This document shows positions 1 to 15,658 of a stretch of 64,000 nucleotides of DNA, one piece after another (position 1 is the stretch's first letter; every line of letters starts with the position of its first letter). Origin of the DNA: Eledone cirrhosa. Its lineage: Eukaryota. Location of the stretch: the NCBI GenBank assembly GCA_964016885.1, contig OZ024745.1, forward strand, positions 70,122,001 to 70,186,000, read 5' to 3'. The notes below the pieces were generated by a model. That model was not told the origin of the DNA and made no database searches. It saw nothing but the letters and a program-made list of their open reading frames with translations. The translations under genes and the position numbers were made by a program.

Positions 1-1400
1 TTAACGATGAACTACCACCTGGACATTAGCTCCACAAGAAATTAATATAACTAAGAAGACAACAGTAGTGTTTGAAAAAAGATATAAAGCACTAAATCAA
101 AACATAATTATATAATATACTACCGACCAAAGGAGAAATCCACGATATAGAATGTATCGGCAAAATTAGAAATATAGCCGCCTAGCCAGAATGAAGAATA
201 TTAATAGCTCAAAATATCTTGTTAAAAAGTACTAATTTAAACAAATGCCTAAGCTTGAATAATTACAAAAAAATAATAATGAAGTGAGAGGGTTTCATCA
301 GATGCAGCCAGTACAATAAGACAATTAGCTACATGACGTTAAACGCTTAATTTCTTGCTCTTTGCTATATCCACGTACATTTACAGACCTGATTTAAACT
401 GCAACTGTCTATTAGGCAATAAAACGACGTGAAAAGGAATACAAACCTCTCGATAGATATATCAAATACGGTGCATGTCAATTCTATCCGACGTTCTAAT
501 ATCTGCCAATTTCACGTCTTCTAATTACTGCCATATATCGGGAAAATGCAGAAAAAAATTATTTGATGCTGACAAATGCATTTTCCATGTCCACGAAGAA
601 ATAAAATTGAAAGGGGGTATATATCATTTCTTCATTAAATTCACGATCCTTCTCATTTCAAAGTTACAAAATAACATCAATCTAAACCCTATTCATAGTT
701 CTCTGAATATCAGTGTGAAAAACTAAACAACTTCTAATCAGATTTTGAAAGCCAATAGGAGATCCTTACTCCACATATGAAGGGAATTCAGAGTGCTACA
801 AGAACTAAGTAACAACATTGCGCGTAAAAATATATTTAGAGGCAAGCAAAGTGAAACCAGTTTATGTAAAAAGCAATCACAGCAAAGTGAAATCTAGCTA
901 TACTGAAGAAGAAGAAAAAAAACGATAGACATCTCATACAATAGAACAGGTAAAAAACAATATCAAAATCTATGAAGTGTAATAAATATAGTTTAAAAGA
1001 ACTACACTATGGTCCTGTAAGACTCGACAGACAGAAAGTAATTCAGCGTGAAAGCCAACAATGTCTTCGGACTAAATGAAGAAACTGACGGTTTGATTTT
1101 AGCTGCACGTGATCAGTGTCTATACACAAAACACAAAATAATCTATGAAAGTAATATAACGGAACAAGAATCTAACAAAAAGTACATGCTATGCAGTCCA
1201 TTTTGCAGGAAAATAATAGCCACGTCATTTCTGGCTGCCTATAACTTGCCAAGATAGAATAAATATATATCTACACACACAATCTCATCATCAGTTATAT
1301 CTGTTGGGCAATATACCGACATTTTGGCTGGAAAATTGAGTAGAAGTCAAATATGGTATGACTGGAACATGATGAAAACAACGAAACAAAGCAGAACCGT
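1..1400 (+). mobile_element. Degenerate non-LTR retrotransposon remnant (R4/Dong/NeSL-like REL clade), post-RT and zinc-knuckle region
   Basis: ORF 1048-1257 contains LNEETDGLILAARDQCLYTK, matching the ETEGxxxAAQDQxLxT motif of R4/Dong-like LINEs. A frameshifted continuation near 1258-1318 reads YISTHNLIISYICWAI (cf. YxxRHNxVxxxIxWxL). Many stops; the boundaries are approximate. Confidence 0.6.
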
Positions 1401-2332
1401 ATCAGACTTTTAAATATTAAAAGAAGTCAAACAGGGGGTAGCCTGAATCCTATCATAGACAGTTGAAATTCAAAAATACAACTCCCATAACACATGATGT
1501 ACAATATCTACACGTAATAAAATAAAACAATATTGATACCCGACACTATAACACAATTCCCACCAATCATATCCAGCACAATCGCATTGCCAAAAATATT
1601 ATGCAAGATATGTTGTTGAACATCCATCATTTACGAACATAAGTCTTCCAGTTATTTGAACCAATGAACAGTCTTCTTAAATTGCTGGGCTAAGCATTCC
1701 TCAGACACATGCATTCCTAACATAGTTCTCAGTGAGCTCCAGTGTGACAGTGGGCGAAAATGCTGATCCTCTGCATTGATCAATAGCTTGCCAATTCAGT
1801 TGGACTTCTCATCAAAAGCGTCTTCATGTTTCTTCGACATTAATCTAATAATTTCGACAGTACTATCATCGTATGCTAGCCACCCAGGTGCATTGTGAAA
1901 CTGAATCTTTCAATTTCAGTTATAGATCGAAGAACTTTGTTGTAAATACAGACATTATCAAGTTTGCAGCAACTGGACTTCCTGGTTGTTGGTACTGGTG
2001 AGAGTCTTAAAGAACACAGATCCAATTTGTCCTTTACTACCATCATGTGATGATCTAAAGCAGCAATCTATTCACATGATTTTTGTTAGTCGACATACGA
2101 TCACTCACCTCTCGCCTCCGTATTTTCTAGTTCCTTTCTACTCTTGCATTACAATCACGTATTACAACGATTGTAAATTCCTTTGAGAGTTTAGTCAATG
2201 GATACTTTAATATCAGATAGAAGCAGTCAGTGACCTGATTATGAAGTAACAGAGTTGGTGCATCCGCTTTCATAAAATCGTTTCACGGCACTTTACAAGA
2301 GAAATGTGGAAGGACATTAGCGCTCATTATTT

Positions 2333-2916
2333 CAGTATCGGTAGAGAGTCGGACGCCATGCTTTTCAGCATAGTTACGTCCCTTTACGGTCTGAGTTCAA
2401 ATCCCGCCGAGGTTAACTTTGCCTTTCATCCTTACGGGGTCGATAAAATAAAGTACCAGTAATGTAATGGGTATTTGCTGGCCTTGTGCCAAAGGTAGAA
2501 ACAATTATTTGTTTCTGGCAGTATTGGTAGAGGGTTGGACGCTATGTTTGACGCATAGAGTAACGGCCCTTGCCATTCTGAGTTCGAATCCCACCGAGGT
2601 TAACTTTTCCTTTCATCCTTACGAGGTCGATAAAATAAAGTACTAGTAATACACTGGGTAATTGCTGGCCTTGTGCCAAAAAGTAGAAACAATTATTTGT
2701 TTCTGATTTAAGGTGGTGAATTGGCAGTATCGGTAGAGGGTTGGACGCCATGCTTTCTAGCATAGTTACATCCCTTTACGGTCTGCGTTCAAATTCCGTC
2801 GAGGTTAACTTTGCCTTTCATCCTTACGGGGGTCAATAAAATAAAGTAACAGTAATGTACTGGGAAATTTCTGGCTTTGTGGCAAAAGTAGAATCAATTA
2901 TTTGTTTCTGATTTAA
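2333..2916 (+). mobile_element. Three head-to-tail copies of a ~190-bp tRNA-derived SINE (family S1)
   Basis: Each unit has an A-box-like TGGCAGTATCGG, a B-box GAGTTCRAATCCC, a central GCCTTTCATCCTTACGGGGTCGATAAAATAAAGTACC (recalled as Meta-type domain, not verified) and the tail GGCCTTGTGCCAAAAGTAGAAACAATTATT. Units are ~2333-2509, 2516-2697 and 2711-2903. Confidence 0.9.
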
Positions 2917-3405
2917 ACATAAGGCCAAACATTTGGGGATAAAGTCGATTGAATCGACACCAATGTGTTGTAAATATTTTCCTAGTTCTTTACGTGTGTT
3001 CTGGAATGCAAACATTGTTACGACTATCAATCTTTGTATACATTATCGAACTAAACTTCTGGACGAAGGTGTGGTTAGCTGCATTCTTTTAAATTGCGCA
3101 TTTTCAATATAGAATCCTTGGAATGATGTTATTAATGACAGGGACAAATTTGAATTTCTAATTGATAACTGTGAATTACTTACATTAATATTCCTAATCT
3201 ATGTGTTTAAAGTTTTGGTTTATATAATTGAACGTTTTAATATTAATTAAAATATAAAATGTATGAGCTCTACTGCCGCGTTGAATGGAAATAGAAAAGT
3301 TTAGTTAAACTGAGTAACTAACCGCATGTTTGTAAGAGTGAACTCCGATAAAATCTGAATTATTATATTTCATAATTGCATTACATTATATGTATATGAC
3401 ATCGA

Positions 3406-3500
3406 GATTAACTTTGCCTTTCATCCTTACGGGGTCCATAAAATAAAGTACCAGTAATGTACTGGGTAATTGGTGGCCTTGTGCCAATAGTAGAAACAAT
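3406..3500 (+). mobile_element. 5'-truncated S1 SINE with 21-bp target-site duplication
   Basis: 3' half of S1, flanked by ATTATATGTATATGACATCGA at 3385-3405 and 3499-3519. Confidence 0.9.
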
Positions 3501-3804
3501 TATATGTATATGACATCGACTGGCGGAAATAGGGTTTAGATTCATGCACATTTGGAAGACCTATGTAAATATATATATATATATATACTTCAATGACAAT
3601 GAAAGAGGCCCGCATTCCAATAACCTTCTGTAATCTTACGCAATTATATAATACGTGTTTCGTTTCCATAGTGGGCTTACGTCCTCAAACTATGATGCAA
3701 AACATTCGGCGACGTCATCTAATGTAATGAAGATAAATGATTTAAAACATTTAGTTCGATATTCCCTACTGGTTACAGTAAAATATAAACAGCGAATTGA
3801 TACG

Positions 3805-4385
<581 letters not shown>

Positions 4386-5749
4386 TTCAGTTGAAGAAAG
4401 TCAGTCGATCAAAATCTTCCGACGTTTTCATAGAGACGTGACGCACTCACGCTTTGTGTTCAATGATTAATGGACAGCGAGGTTACCAACAAGTCGGACA
4501 AATAGTATATCAATAGAAAATTACATCACAATTAGTGTGAAGAGAACGTGTAAGGTGGTATTATATCTTCGAAATAGTTATAACGAACTAGATAACAAAA
4601 TGAAGATTTACGAATAATATATATATATAATAATATATATATATATATGTGCTGTTTTCAGCAATGTTTTAAAATATACTTGATGACATTCGAAAAATGA
4701 AAAGCTCTATTACAAAGGTTTGTTATCAATACTTAAAATATATAATATATAAGGTCACTTTTATTGTGTTACTAAATACTTTCGCATTTAGAGATGCTGA
4801 ATGATTATCAGACGAACACTTTTCTAAATTTAGCCTTTTTGCTTCAAGATAATCAATATACCTGAGTTCTTCTTAATGCAGCTTAAATTATCGTATTATT
4901 GAAAACACGTTTGTAAATTAATTTATAATCTTCTTCAGTGTATTTCTACAGAATTTTATTACGCTCTTTAAAATGAATTCATGGTTTGAATCCTATATCT
5001 TAAGATTTTAAGTATTGATGAGCTTTTCATTTGTCGATTGGTATCAAGTATATTTTAAAATATTGCTGAATACAGCATGTATTATGAAACGGTATGTACT
5101 TCGTACTGAGGGGAGAAATTTTAACCAGGAGAGGTATCCAATGTTGTGACTTATTAGTTTACATTTTATGTATATTCAGTAAAATATGACTATATTCAAG
5201 TATTAGAGGGATCCTGTATTAGCAGTTCACACAACAATGCTGTTTCCGATATAGTCGTTTTTGGGGCTATAAATCTATTCAGATTTGGATAGCTTGCTCA
5301 TGTTGTACGGGAGTAAAAAAACAATCATAAACGACAATACAAAAAAGAGGAGTAATTGAGATGACATGGGTTTCTAATATGTGGAATAGAACCTGAGTCC
5401 ATTACAACCACTGCTTTACAAAGTACCTAGATCATAGAGGGGAAAATAAGATTATTGATAGACAACTCTTTGGTCCCTCCGTGTCTTAGAATTTAATCCA
5501 GTGAGAAATATCTAAATAATTTTATCCCTGTCGTATTCATTGTTGAGGGATGTAGTAACTAGACCAACGGAAATATTTACTCACAAAATTACTTCTCAGG
5601 GGGGATTGAGATGAAATAGTGTGTGGCAAGACTAGATCTTTGAATTGCATGTACTGTTTATCCGCTTTCTCCAAAACCACATCAGTTAACAACCTATAAC
5701 AAATGAAAATTGCGAGTGAAATATGAAATACAAATCCTGCAGAATCTCA

Positions 5750-6815
<1,066 letters not shown>

Positions 6816-7342
6816 TTCACAGTTGCCTTTCGTCTTTATTTACTTATTTATGTTGGTATCGAATGATATATGAGAAACATTTGTTATTTTCCAGTTACAT
6901 TACATATTACTCCATAATATTCATAAAAAACACACCATATCATATATATATATACACACGTGTATATATACGTGTGGTGTGTGCGTCTGTGTATGCTAGA
7001 ATGATATTGTGTTCGTGTGCATGTGTATTTTTTATTTAATATACTGTATAATGATAAAATATATATATACATATATATAAATAAACACATAGTTACACAA
7101 CTATATATATATATATACATATATGTTTGTGTGTGTGTGCATCTGTGTGTATGTGTGTGTGCGTGTGTGTATGTGTGTGCGTGTGCATGTGTGTGTGCGT
7201 GTGTGCATTGATCTGTAAAACAAGCAATATTATACAGAAATTAGGACATTTTATGATATAAATCTAGCGACGCTACTGAAGTCTTCGCTTATTTCGTTTA
7301 TAGGAAAATTCATTATTTTTCATGATCAATTATGTAAATATG

Positions 7343-7525
<183 letters not shown>

Positions 7526-7526
7526 A

Positions 7527-7558
<32 letters not shown>

Positions 7559-7642
7559 CGAATACATATTTACATAATTGATCATGGAAAATAATGAATA
7601 TATATAAATATATGTATACATATATATGTATACATGTATATA

Positions 7643-8195
7643 TGGTGGCTGCCAACTCGTTTTCGAGTACGGCCACTACTTTATATCCATGTACGAGAAC
7701 CTCTACCGATGCGCTGAACGAGTGTGACTTTTTAGTCCAGCCAGCGACTTGAAAACTCTGGTACAAACACTACACTTGTGACAATTACTGACACACAGTG
7801 CTGGGCCCATGGTACCATGTGACGACAAGTGCAGAGAGATCTCCAGATATAAAGCAATGCCTGTGCCGTGAAGCTTTTATAGTGAGCAAAGGCACTGCAC
7901 AAAGCCAGTCCCACTCTCTTAACCAAGATGATATTTACCAAAAAGAAGAACAAGTCAACATCTTTGGATACCATCAGGGTTGCAGGTGTTATATCAGAGT
8001 TTTCCTTCTCCTAGAATTCTGCCTTCACAAAGGCTAAGGGGTCATCTCTCCCGGTGATTTTGGATGGCCATTGACTCTTAAGAGCTCTTTTGCCCTTTGA
8101 CAGGTTTTCGTTTTTAGTCATGCAGGTTGTCCAAAGTCACCCTCCTCACTAAGAAACCTTGGTGGAGTTGCCAGCTTAGTCGCCAACGACACGAC
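7643..8195 (-). mobile_element. Dispersed copy of the ~580-bp non-coding retro-repeat (family R1, probably RTE-derived non-autonomous)
   Basis: Nearly identical to the four copies at 51456-53432. On the minus strand it ends in CAGCCACCA followed by a TA/TGTA tract. It contains CTAGGAGAAGGAAA(A)CTCTGA, recalled from RTE-clade UTRs (not verified). Confidence 0.75.
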
Positions 8196-8257
8196 ATACA
8201 TACATACATATATATATATATGTGTATATATATATATACATACATATATATATAGAT

Positions 8258-8354
<97 letters not shown>

Positions 8355-10056
8355 TGAGATATGTTCCGCCTGAAGTTTGAAATATATTGTTAAATATTGG
8401 AAACTGTCATTTTCATACATTGTATTTACAGGTTCTTCTGGTTCATTTTTTTCTGCTAATGAATGTTTAAACTGTGAATATCATTTTATTCATGCTGGTC
8501 TGATGAAGACACAGATAAGAGAAAATGACATTCCGAATAATTACCAATGTGTTTGCAAAATATATATATTTATATAAGTACAAATCATGAAAACCTCGCT
8601 TCTACTTTCACTTGCAACCTACCGATTCATAGTGCTACATTCAATATTGCTTAGGCAAATTCACTTCATCTTTGTCGTGTTCCAATCTTATAAAGTCCAA
8701 CTGTAGCCTACTATGTAATTTACCCAGGGTGTATGCTATCTTTTTCCACTTGTATAAATGTCGTCATTATCATAAACCAAAATTCCGTTGATGTTCGGCC
8801 AATATATTTTCTATATAAAATGTTCAAAACTAGTATTGAAAGTCATATAAGTACTTATTTTAACTTTCGTGTACCAATATTTCCTTTTAAAAAATGTCAT
8901 TCCAGAACGATGTCCCACACAGGTAGTTCTTTCTCTTAATGTTTACGGTGATACAGTTGCTTTCCCTTGGGCGTTTGTATGTTAATACTTTTAGGGTATC
9001 GTAGAATAAAATGGGTACCAACATGGAATAGATGGACTGCGTGATGAGTTTACAACATGCTCTGTGTGTTTAGATATGATCAGATGTCTAGAATTGAAGT
9101 GGAGGATGCATGGTAATCGATGTTTTTATGTTCATTAAAATTAACGTTAGTTCAGAGAACTGAGGATGGGTTCTGTAAAGAGAAACTGGAGTGGCATGGA
9201 TAGTAGTGTATGTCAATGATGTTTGGGTAATGTCACCAATTCAGCTGCAACTCCTTATATTCGGGATTTTCAGCGAAAGATATAAAATAAGTAGAGGCTC
9301 TTGATAGCAAGCACCGCTAGCTGTTTTATTTCTCGTAGTATATAAACAATTGATAAAACCAAACAGATGGCGATATAGTCTTCCAGCGTCCCAATATGAA
9401 TTTATTAAACTGATAATATTTGTTGAAGAATTTACATCTGGAATTAAAATGGTCAATAGATGTTTAATATCAATGCGTTTCTCAGCTATTATTACCCGTC
9501 AATTTATGTACCATTTCTGTAAGATCAGTATATATCGGTGAAACCACACTCCCCCTTAAAGGGTGCATTTAAAAAAAAAATTGACATAGCATCCAAGCAG
9601 AATTAAACCCCTCTGAAAACGAGTGATGAAACACAACCGTCTTCGTTACTAAAGACTATTGGTGAAATCCACCACTTCTAAAAGCCATAGCAAGGCGATA
9701 CGAATGTTTATTTACATGAACGTGTGGTATATGATTCGATATACGACCAACCCTACGTACGTATTTGTCATGCTATATCAAGGCATCAGTATGTGTATAT
9801 TTTCCCTCTAACATAGCGGATACGTAAACGCATTCGTGAGTTTCATATCGATGTATGCTTTACAGAAAGCTATATATTCTCACGAGTTCTAACGAATGAC
9901 AGAAGAGACATACACACCCTTGACAAAGGGTAATAACCCAGACACAATATTTTTGTCGATTGTTTCTCTCTGTCACCGCTAGAACAAAAGGATGACGATG
10001 GTCGTCTAAAATACATAGCGTAAGGAGGCAGTTTGTTTGCAAACGAATCGAATATG

Positions 10057-10246
10057 TTGGCAGTATCGGTAGAGCGTCAGACACCATGCTTTGCTGCATA
10101 GAGTTATGGCCCTTTACAGTCTTAGTTCAAGTCCACCGAGGTTACCGTTGCCTTTCATCCTTACGGGATCGATAAAATAAAGCACTACTAATGCAATGGG
10201 GGTAATTGCTGGCCTTGTGCCAAAACTAGAAATATTATTATTATTA
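10057..10246 (+). mobile_element. S1 SINE
   Basis: TGGCAGTATCGGTAGAG...GCCTTTCATCCTTACGGG...GGCCTTGTGCCAAAA followed by an (ATT)n tail. Confidence 0.85.
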
Positions 10247-11720
10247 TATATAAAAACTCATGAATACTTTCACATATCTACTATATATATGTGTATGTGT
10301 GTGTGTATGTGTGTATGAGTGTATGTCTGTATGTGTGTGTACATTCAAACACGAAGTACGAGACATTGGATGAGGAGAAAAAATAAATGTTCACATATTT
10401 TGTGTCATACATTTGTTAGTTGAATCTTGTTAAATTTCCTCCTTCATAGCATAACCGATCTAGGATTTTAGTTTGAATTGGTACTTAGAATTGAAGCGTC
10501 GTTGTTTCTTCTACTTTTCTACTTCTCAATTTGTAACTTACAATAGAAGAACATCTTTATGGTATCCACTTTATCAAATTGACTTCTTTAACACAACGAA
10601 TAAAGTGTCTTTTTAAATATCTTCTTTCTTTAGCTTGACAACAAAATCTGGCGTTTATTAAACTCCATTACCAAATAGAAACCTAACTAGTCAGCATGGT
10701 GCCATTAAGTGGTCGTTCGAATCTATGGAAATAACATCCAAATCTCATTCAAACCGGTAATACATCGGACAATTGAGTCCTAGATTGCAAACAGACGAGG
10801 TGTTATTGGCTGGAATGTACTTGAGCATAGGTGTGCTTATTCAGGACAGAACTGGATATAAATAACAATAAAACAAAACTCTAGAAATCTAGATGTAGTG
10901 ATCGCACACTCACGCTAGTATGCGCATACGTTTCATGCGAACGTGTCTTTTTTATATCTATATATCCTTTTTCAGATTTGCACACACATATATCACAAGG
11001 CACTTCCTATTGCAGTCATATAACAACAATAAGAAGTTAACTCTTCAATCGCAACTTCCTGGCCTCTAATCCAGCATTTATCCTTAAAATTTGTTATTTT
11101 TCTAACATCACTCACACATTTTATTGTGTAAGTCATTTGTACATATATCCAAGTAATACGTTATTAAAATATCATTCTTATTTTTAATCATTTCCACGTG
11201 TAATCAGCATGAACTATAGGGTTTCTGTTTTTTGAACCATTATTTTACCCAAGCTCAATTTTGACATCTTGTTATTATATCCACTTATCATAATATATAT
11301 ATAACATACATATCTTGAACTCTAAAACCGCAACACGTTGATCACTCTTATTATCCTTTTAGTATTTTTATTGGTTATTTATTAGATGTATAACTTAATA
11401 CTTTTATTTCTTTTGTTTATTTATTAGTTTTTACTAGACTCATTTCCACTTAATAACAATTCGTACTCGAAATCTTTCGTTTCAGTTTCAAATTTTGTAT
11501 ATTTAGGGAAGATTTAAAGGTCGTAACCTTTCATTTCGTTTGGTATCTAAGATTTCGTGATTAGATTGAATGATCAGTAAATAGTTTCATAGATTAAATT
11601 GACGAAAACAGAACATTTTTACACGCTTAAACCGACGTAGCCAGTCTATAAGACTAAATCGCATGTTGGATGCTGGATGGTTTATCTTGAGGATTACATA
11701 CCTGAAAAACACACAGAGAG

Positions 11721-11782
<62 letters not shown>

Positions 11783-11823
11783 ATGATATTAATAAATTGA
11801 AACTTTATTTATGAAACCATATT

Positions 11824-11884
11824 TATTTTATTATATATATTTCAAGGGTACCAAAATTTTGGTACGCTCTCATCAGATAAAATA
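11824..11884 (-). ncRNA. Minimal type-I hammerhead ribozyme (family H1)
   Basis: Minus strand: TATTTTAT-CTGATGA-GAGcGTACCAA aatt TTGGTACcCTT-GAAA-TATATA-TA-ATAAAATA. Stem I is 8 bp, the core is intact and stem III is short and palindromic. Confidence 0.8.
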
Positions 11885-12020
11885 CAAAATTTGGTTTCTA
11901 AATGTTGACATACACCCACGAAACCAGACCTTATCGGTTCAGGTTCAGTTTGGATAGTGAACCTGAACCGATAAGGTCTGTTTTTTGGGGGGTATGTTAA
12001 CATTTATAAAACAAATTTGG

Positions 12021-12081
12021 TATTTTATCTGATGAGCGCGTACCAAAATGTTGGTTCTCTTGAAATATATATAATAAAATA
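12021..12081 (+). ncRNA. Minimal type-I hammerhead ribozyme (family H1)
   Basis: TATTTTAT-CTGATGA-gcgcGTACCAA aatg TTGGTtCtctt-GAAA-TATATA-TA-ATAAAATA. Confidence 0.75.
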
Positions 12082-12144
12082 AACATGGTTTTATAAATAT
12101 AGTTTCCATTTATTAATATCATTGATATTATACTCCAGAAAATA

Positions 12145-12224
<80 letters not shown>

Positions 12225-12904
12225 GTATATATGTATATATATATATGAATGTGCCAGGGCCCTGACGGCAGAACTCTTGCCATCTCACGTACTCTGGTGA
12301 GTAACGGTCTAACTAGTTTCTAATTGAATCCATCCTGATTTATATATATATGAATATACACGATTTTATATGTATGAGGGAGCTATGTGATCATACGCTT
12401 ATTCATGTATGCCTTGTGTGCCCTTCAGATGTTTAAAAGTAATCACGATTGAATATGTTCTGACAATACATCATTCATTATCATTGATAAGTTCTTACAC
12501 TTACTCACCCAACGAAAGAGACTCTAGTTATACCAGAGAAATAAAGTAATCTCCTCAATTCCCAACCCATGTCATATAATGACAAAACATAGATAATATA
12601 ATCATATATACTACTTATACTACTAAAATGGCAAGCTGATCATTATAGGAATACATTTGATCAGAGTTGTGATCGATCAAGTTTGACCTGAAGCTGAATA
12701 TCAACAGGCTACACACATGGAATGCTTTAATATGTTTTTCTAGGTAACAGAATCTAGGTCTGGCTTTTGAATATTCCCAATGCCTGTATTTCGAATCGTT
12801 GCTTAAACTGATGTGCTGTAGTGATTAAATAAAAGATAACTGAAATACAAACGAGAACCCCTTGAGAAATTGACCGAGATAAAAGCAGTCAAACGATGGA
12901 GGTT

Positions 12905-13045
12905 GGTTAGACAATAGAATGAGGTTACTTAGACAATTGAATGAGGTTACTTAAACAATAGATTGAGGATATACAGATAATAAACTGAGGAAAGTTTGAG
13001 AATAGAATAGCTATCAAATATAGTTATGTAGACAATAGAATAAAC
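12905..13045. repeat. Degenerate ~22-bp minisatellite (TAGACAATAGAATGAGGTTACT)
   Basis: About 5-6 progressively diverged units. Confidence 0.7.
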
Positions 13046-13239
13046 TATTGATCAAATACGTTAAGTGTGAAAACATATTGTCTGAGATAGGAGATATCTT
13101 GGAGTATATCTGTGATTACTGTTAATCATTGTTCAAGATGGAATAATAAATAGTTGATGGAGAACAGAGTAAAAATTATGGATTGAAGCTCCTTTAGTTT
13201 CGATTGTGAGTGTTCCAGTGGTTCTATCAACGGAACAAC

Positions 13240-13430
13240 CTGCTCGTTAAATTAATGTGCAAAACCCAGACCCTTATATCATCAATGTATTTCACAGGGA
13301 GATTCAGAATAATACAGAGTGTGGAAAGGCTGACCCTTTGCATCATAGGCACAGTCCAGCCCACTTGGCTTAAATCATCCTGAGGCTCTGTTAAATGGCA
13401 CTTGCTCAATATACATCACAGTCGAATCAC
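13240..13430 (-). mobile_element. Old CORE-type SINE fragment
   Basis: Ends in a GCACTTGCTCAA-like reverse CORE motif. Related degenerate segments occur at ~1690-1755, 5560-5700 and 16480-16620. Confidence 0.45.
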
Positions 13431-15237
13431 ACCAATGCCCTAATGAATGCGAACTGATCTTAAACATCCATCAATGCTGCGTCCACCCAATAGATGTATA
13501 TTCAACGTTAGTATATCTAATTAATCAATTCGCTAATATTATGCTGACTCAAGATATTGAGCAACAAAAAGTAATATTTCTATTGAATGAAATATTGCCT
13601 ATTATGAGAGACAACAAGTAAAATATGGCAATTAATTTAACTGTAAAACCAAGTTATGTCACCGAAATTCGTACATTTTAATGTCAATATTCTCTATTAT
13701 ATAAATATTTTAACTAGTTAATATGAAATGTAAACGGAGTGAGCAAGCGAGCAAGAAATGTGTAGAGAGGCAGACTGAGGTACAGATAGGGGGGAATAAC
13801 TGGGGGAATGTTATTGAGTATTAAACTTTCATTAATGTGTACATAAATTCTGCTTTCCTTCAGATAATTTCAAACATAACGTGACTTGTTAGATTGAGGA
13901 AATTTGAAAATATTTACATATGTTATATTCACTATTGTATTGAGTTACGCTCTTTTGTCAAACGGCAGCCTCAGAATGTTATGTAAACTCTACTAATCTT
14001 ATTTCTATATACGGAGGTTGTGTTCTGAATATTTGACGCATAATTTAATTTCTGTTATCTTTGAAGTATGACAAAAAAACAATATATGTACTAGAGAACT
14101 GAGACGTAGTGACTGTATTTGAAACAATTATATTGCTAGATATATTTGAATATCAATCAGTATAGTGTACTAATATTCAAGTTTATGAGTAAACGTTTAT
14201 ACGGTATTTTGTACAATCACATTAATATGAACGTGATTGAAACAAATCAAAGAAAGATCAATTTATCTATTTTCCTGCCTCTCGTCTTTTTGTAAATATT
14301 ATGTAGAACATTGATACTATCTTCATCACCCGTAGCTGAGGAAATACAAGTTACATTAGAATATAACCATAGTTTAACCTGTGTTCCGTATACTACAATG
14401 ATAATGTATCATTGTATTGTTTTCACAGAAGCCTCGAGACGGGTTGACTCAACGTGCATATATTTGAGCGGGGTTATTCCAGCGTTTATAGCAAATTCGC
14501 GGAATAGTTATGGCACCGGATCCAATGCTTTGGGGCATGCATTCTGACTCTGTGCAATCTAAGTTCATATTCCACAGAGGCCAAATTTGCCTTTCATTCT
14601 TTAGGAATCAATATATACGTTATCAGATCAACAATGGGGTCGACTCATCTCGTCTTGTAAACCTCCACCTCACTCATGATGGGATCGTACGACAACATTA
14701 GGAGTAACCAATTATTAGTGCATCTGGACAAAAAGTCTATTTTATTGTTGTATCCAGTAACATACATCATATTGATGTCTCTTATTTCGCCATCAAACAA
14801 TTTACATAGGTGATCGTATAGCCGATTAAATCAAACCAAATACTTCAACTTTTACTTTACTGAAACAACACAGGTGTGCAACGTTCGCAATCAGGGTTGA
14901 TCTGTAGCTATTACCACGAACCATTTTGTCCGGGCGGTACATTTCGTACATTTTATCATGCTAATTATTAAATGAACTTTGACTATTTCTTTATTATTTT
15001 GAATATACCGCATGTCAACTTTAGGCAGAATACTAACATTTGTGTGAAAACAACTATTAGGAATATTTTTCTGCAGGGTTATTTGTGACGATAGTATTAT
15101 GGGTTAGTAACTCAATTAGCAGCCAAATGGTAGATAGATAGAACACGACAACTGTGAAACAAATATAGAACTAGCTTTCTGTTTGGAGTAAAAGCGCATG
15201 AGACCAAATCGTTCTATTTAACCTTTATTATTTGAGC

Positions 15238-15388
15238 CTGCTTTCCAGAATAGTTACGTCCCTTTACGATCTGAGTTCAAATCCCGGCGAGGTTGACTTT
15301 GCCTTTCATCCTTACGGGGTCGATAAAATAAAGTACCAGTAATGCACTGGTTAATTGCTGGCCTTGTGCCTAAAGTAGAAACAATTAT
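15238..15388 (+). mobile_element. 5'-truncated S1 SINE with 11-bp TSD
   Basis: TSD ATTATTTGAGC at 15227-15237 and 15384-15394. Confidence 0.9.
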
Positions 15389-15658
15389 TTGAGCTGAAAG
15401 GGGGAGCCTATGCATGAATACTATATATTCTAGAGTTTGTAGTCAAATACACCTTAAATTATATCTTGCTCTCATGGACAGTGGCGGGCACATTGGATAC
15501 ATTCTACAACAGCTAGTTCTGAATGGAACACTTCTGATGAAATATCTGCTAAGACAGGCTTAGCAGGTAGTTATCTATCCCTAGTTCGGACCCATTTCAA
15601 ATACTTGTGTTAATGTAAAAATTCAAAACGATTTTTTTTAAATATATATATAGAGAGA

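Larger units (their letters stand above)
11781..12124. repeat. ~345-bp fold-back palindrome between (TA)n tracts, with a hammerhead in each arm
   Basis: Arms 11781-11947 and 11958-12124 are reverse complements with scattered mismatches; the spacer is GTTTGGATAG. Confidence 0.95.

Noticed and set aside
3645-3695. Hammerhead-like remnants at ~3650, ~4415 and ~28685 (minus strand)
   Set aside because: Only GAAAC..TH halves or badly eroded cores; not supportable individually.
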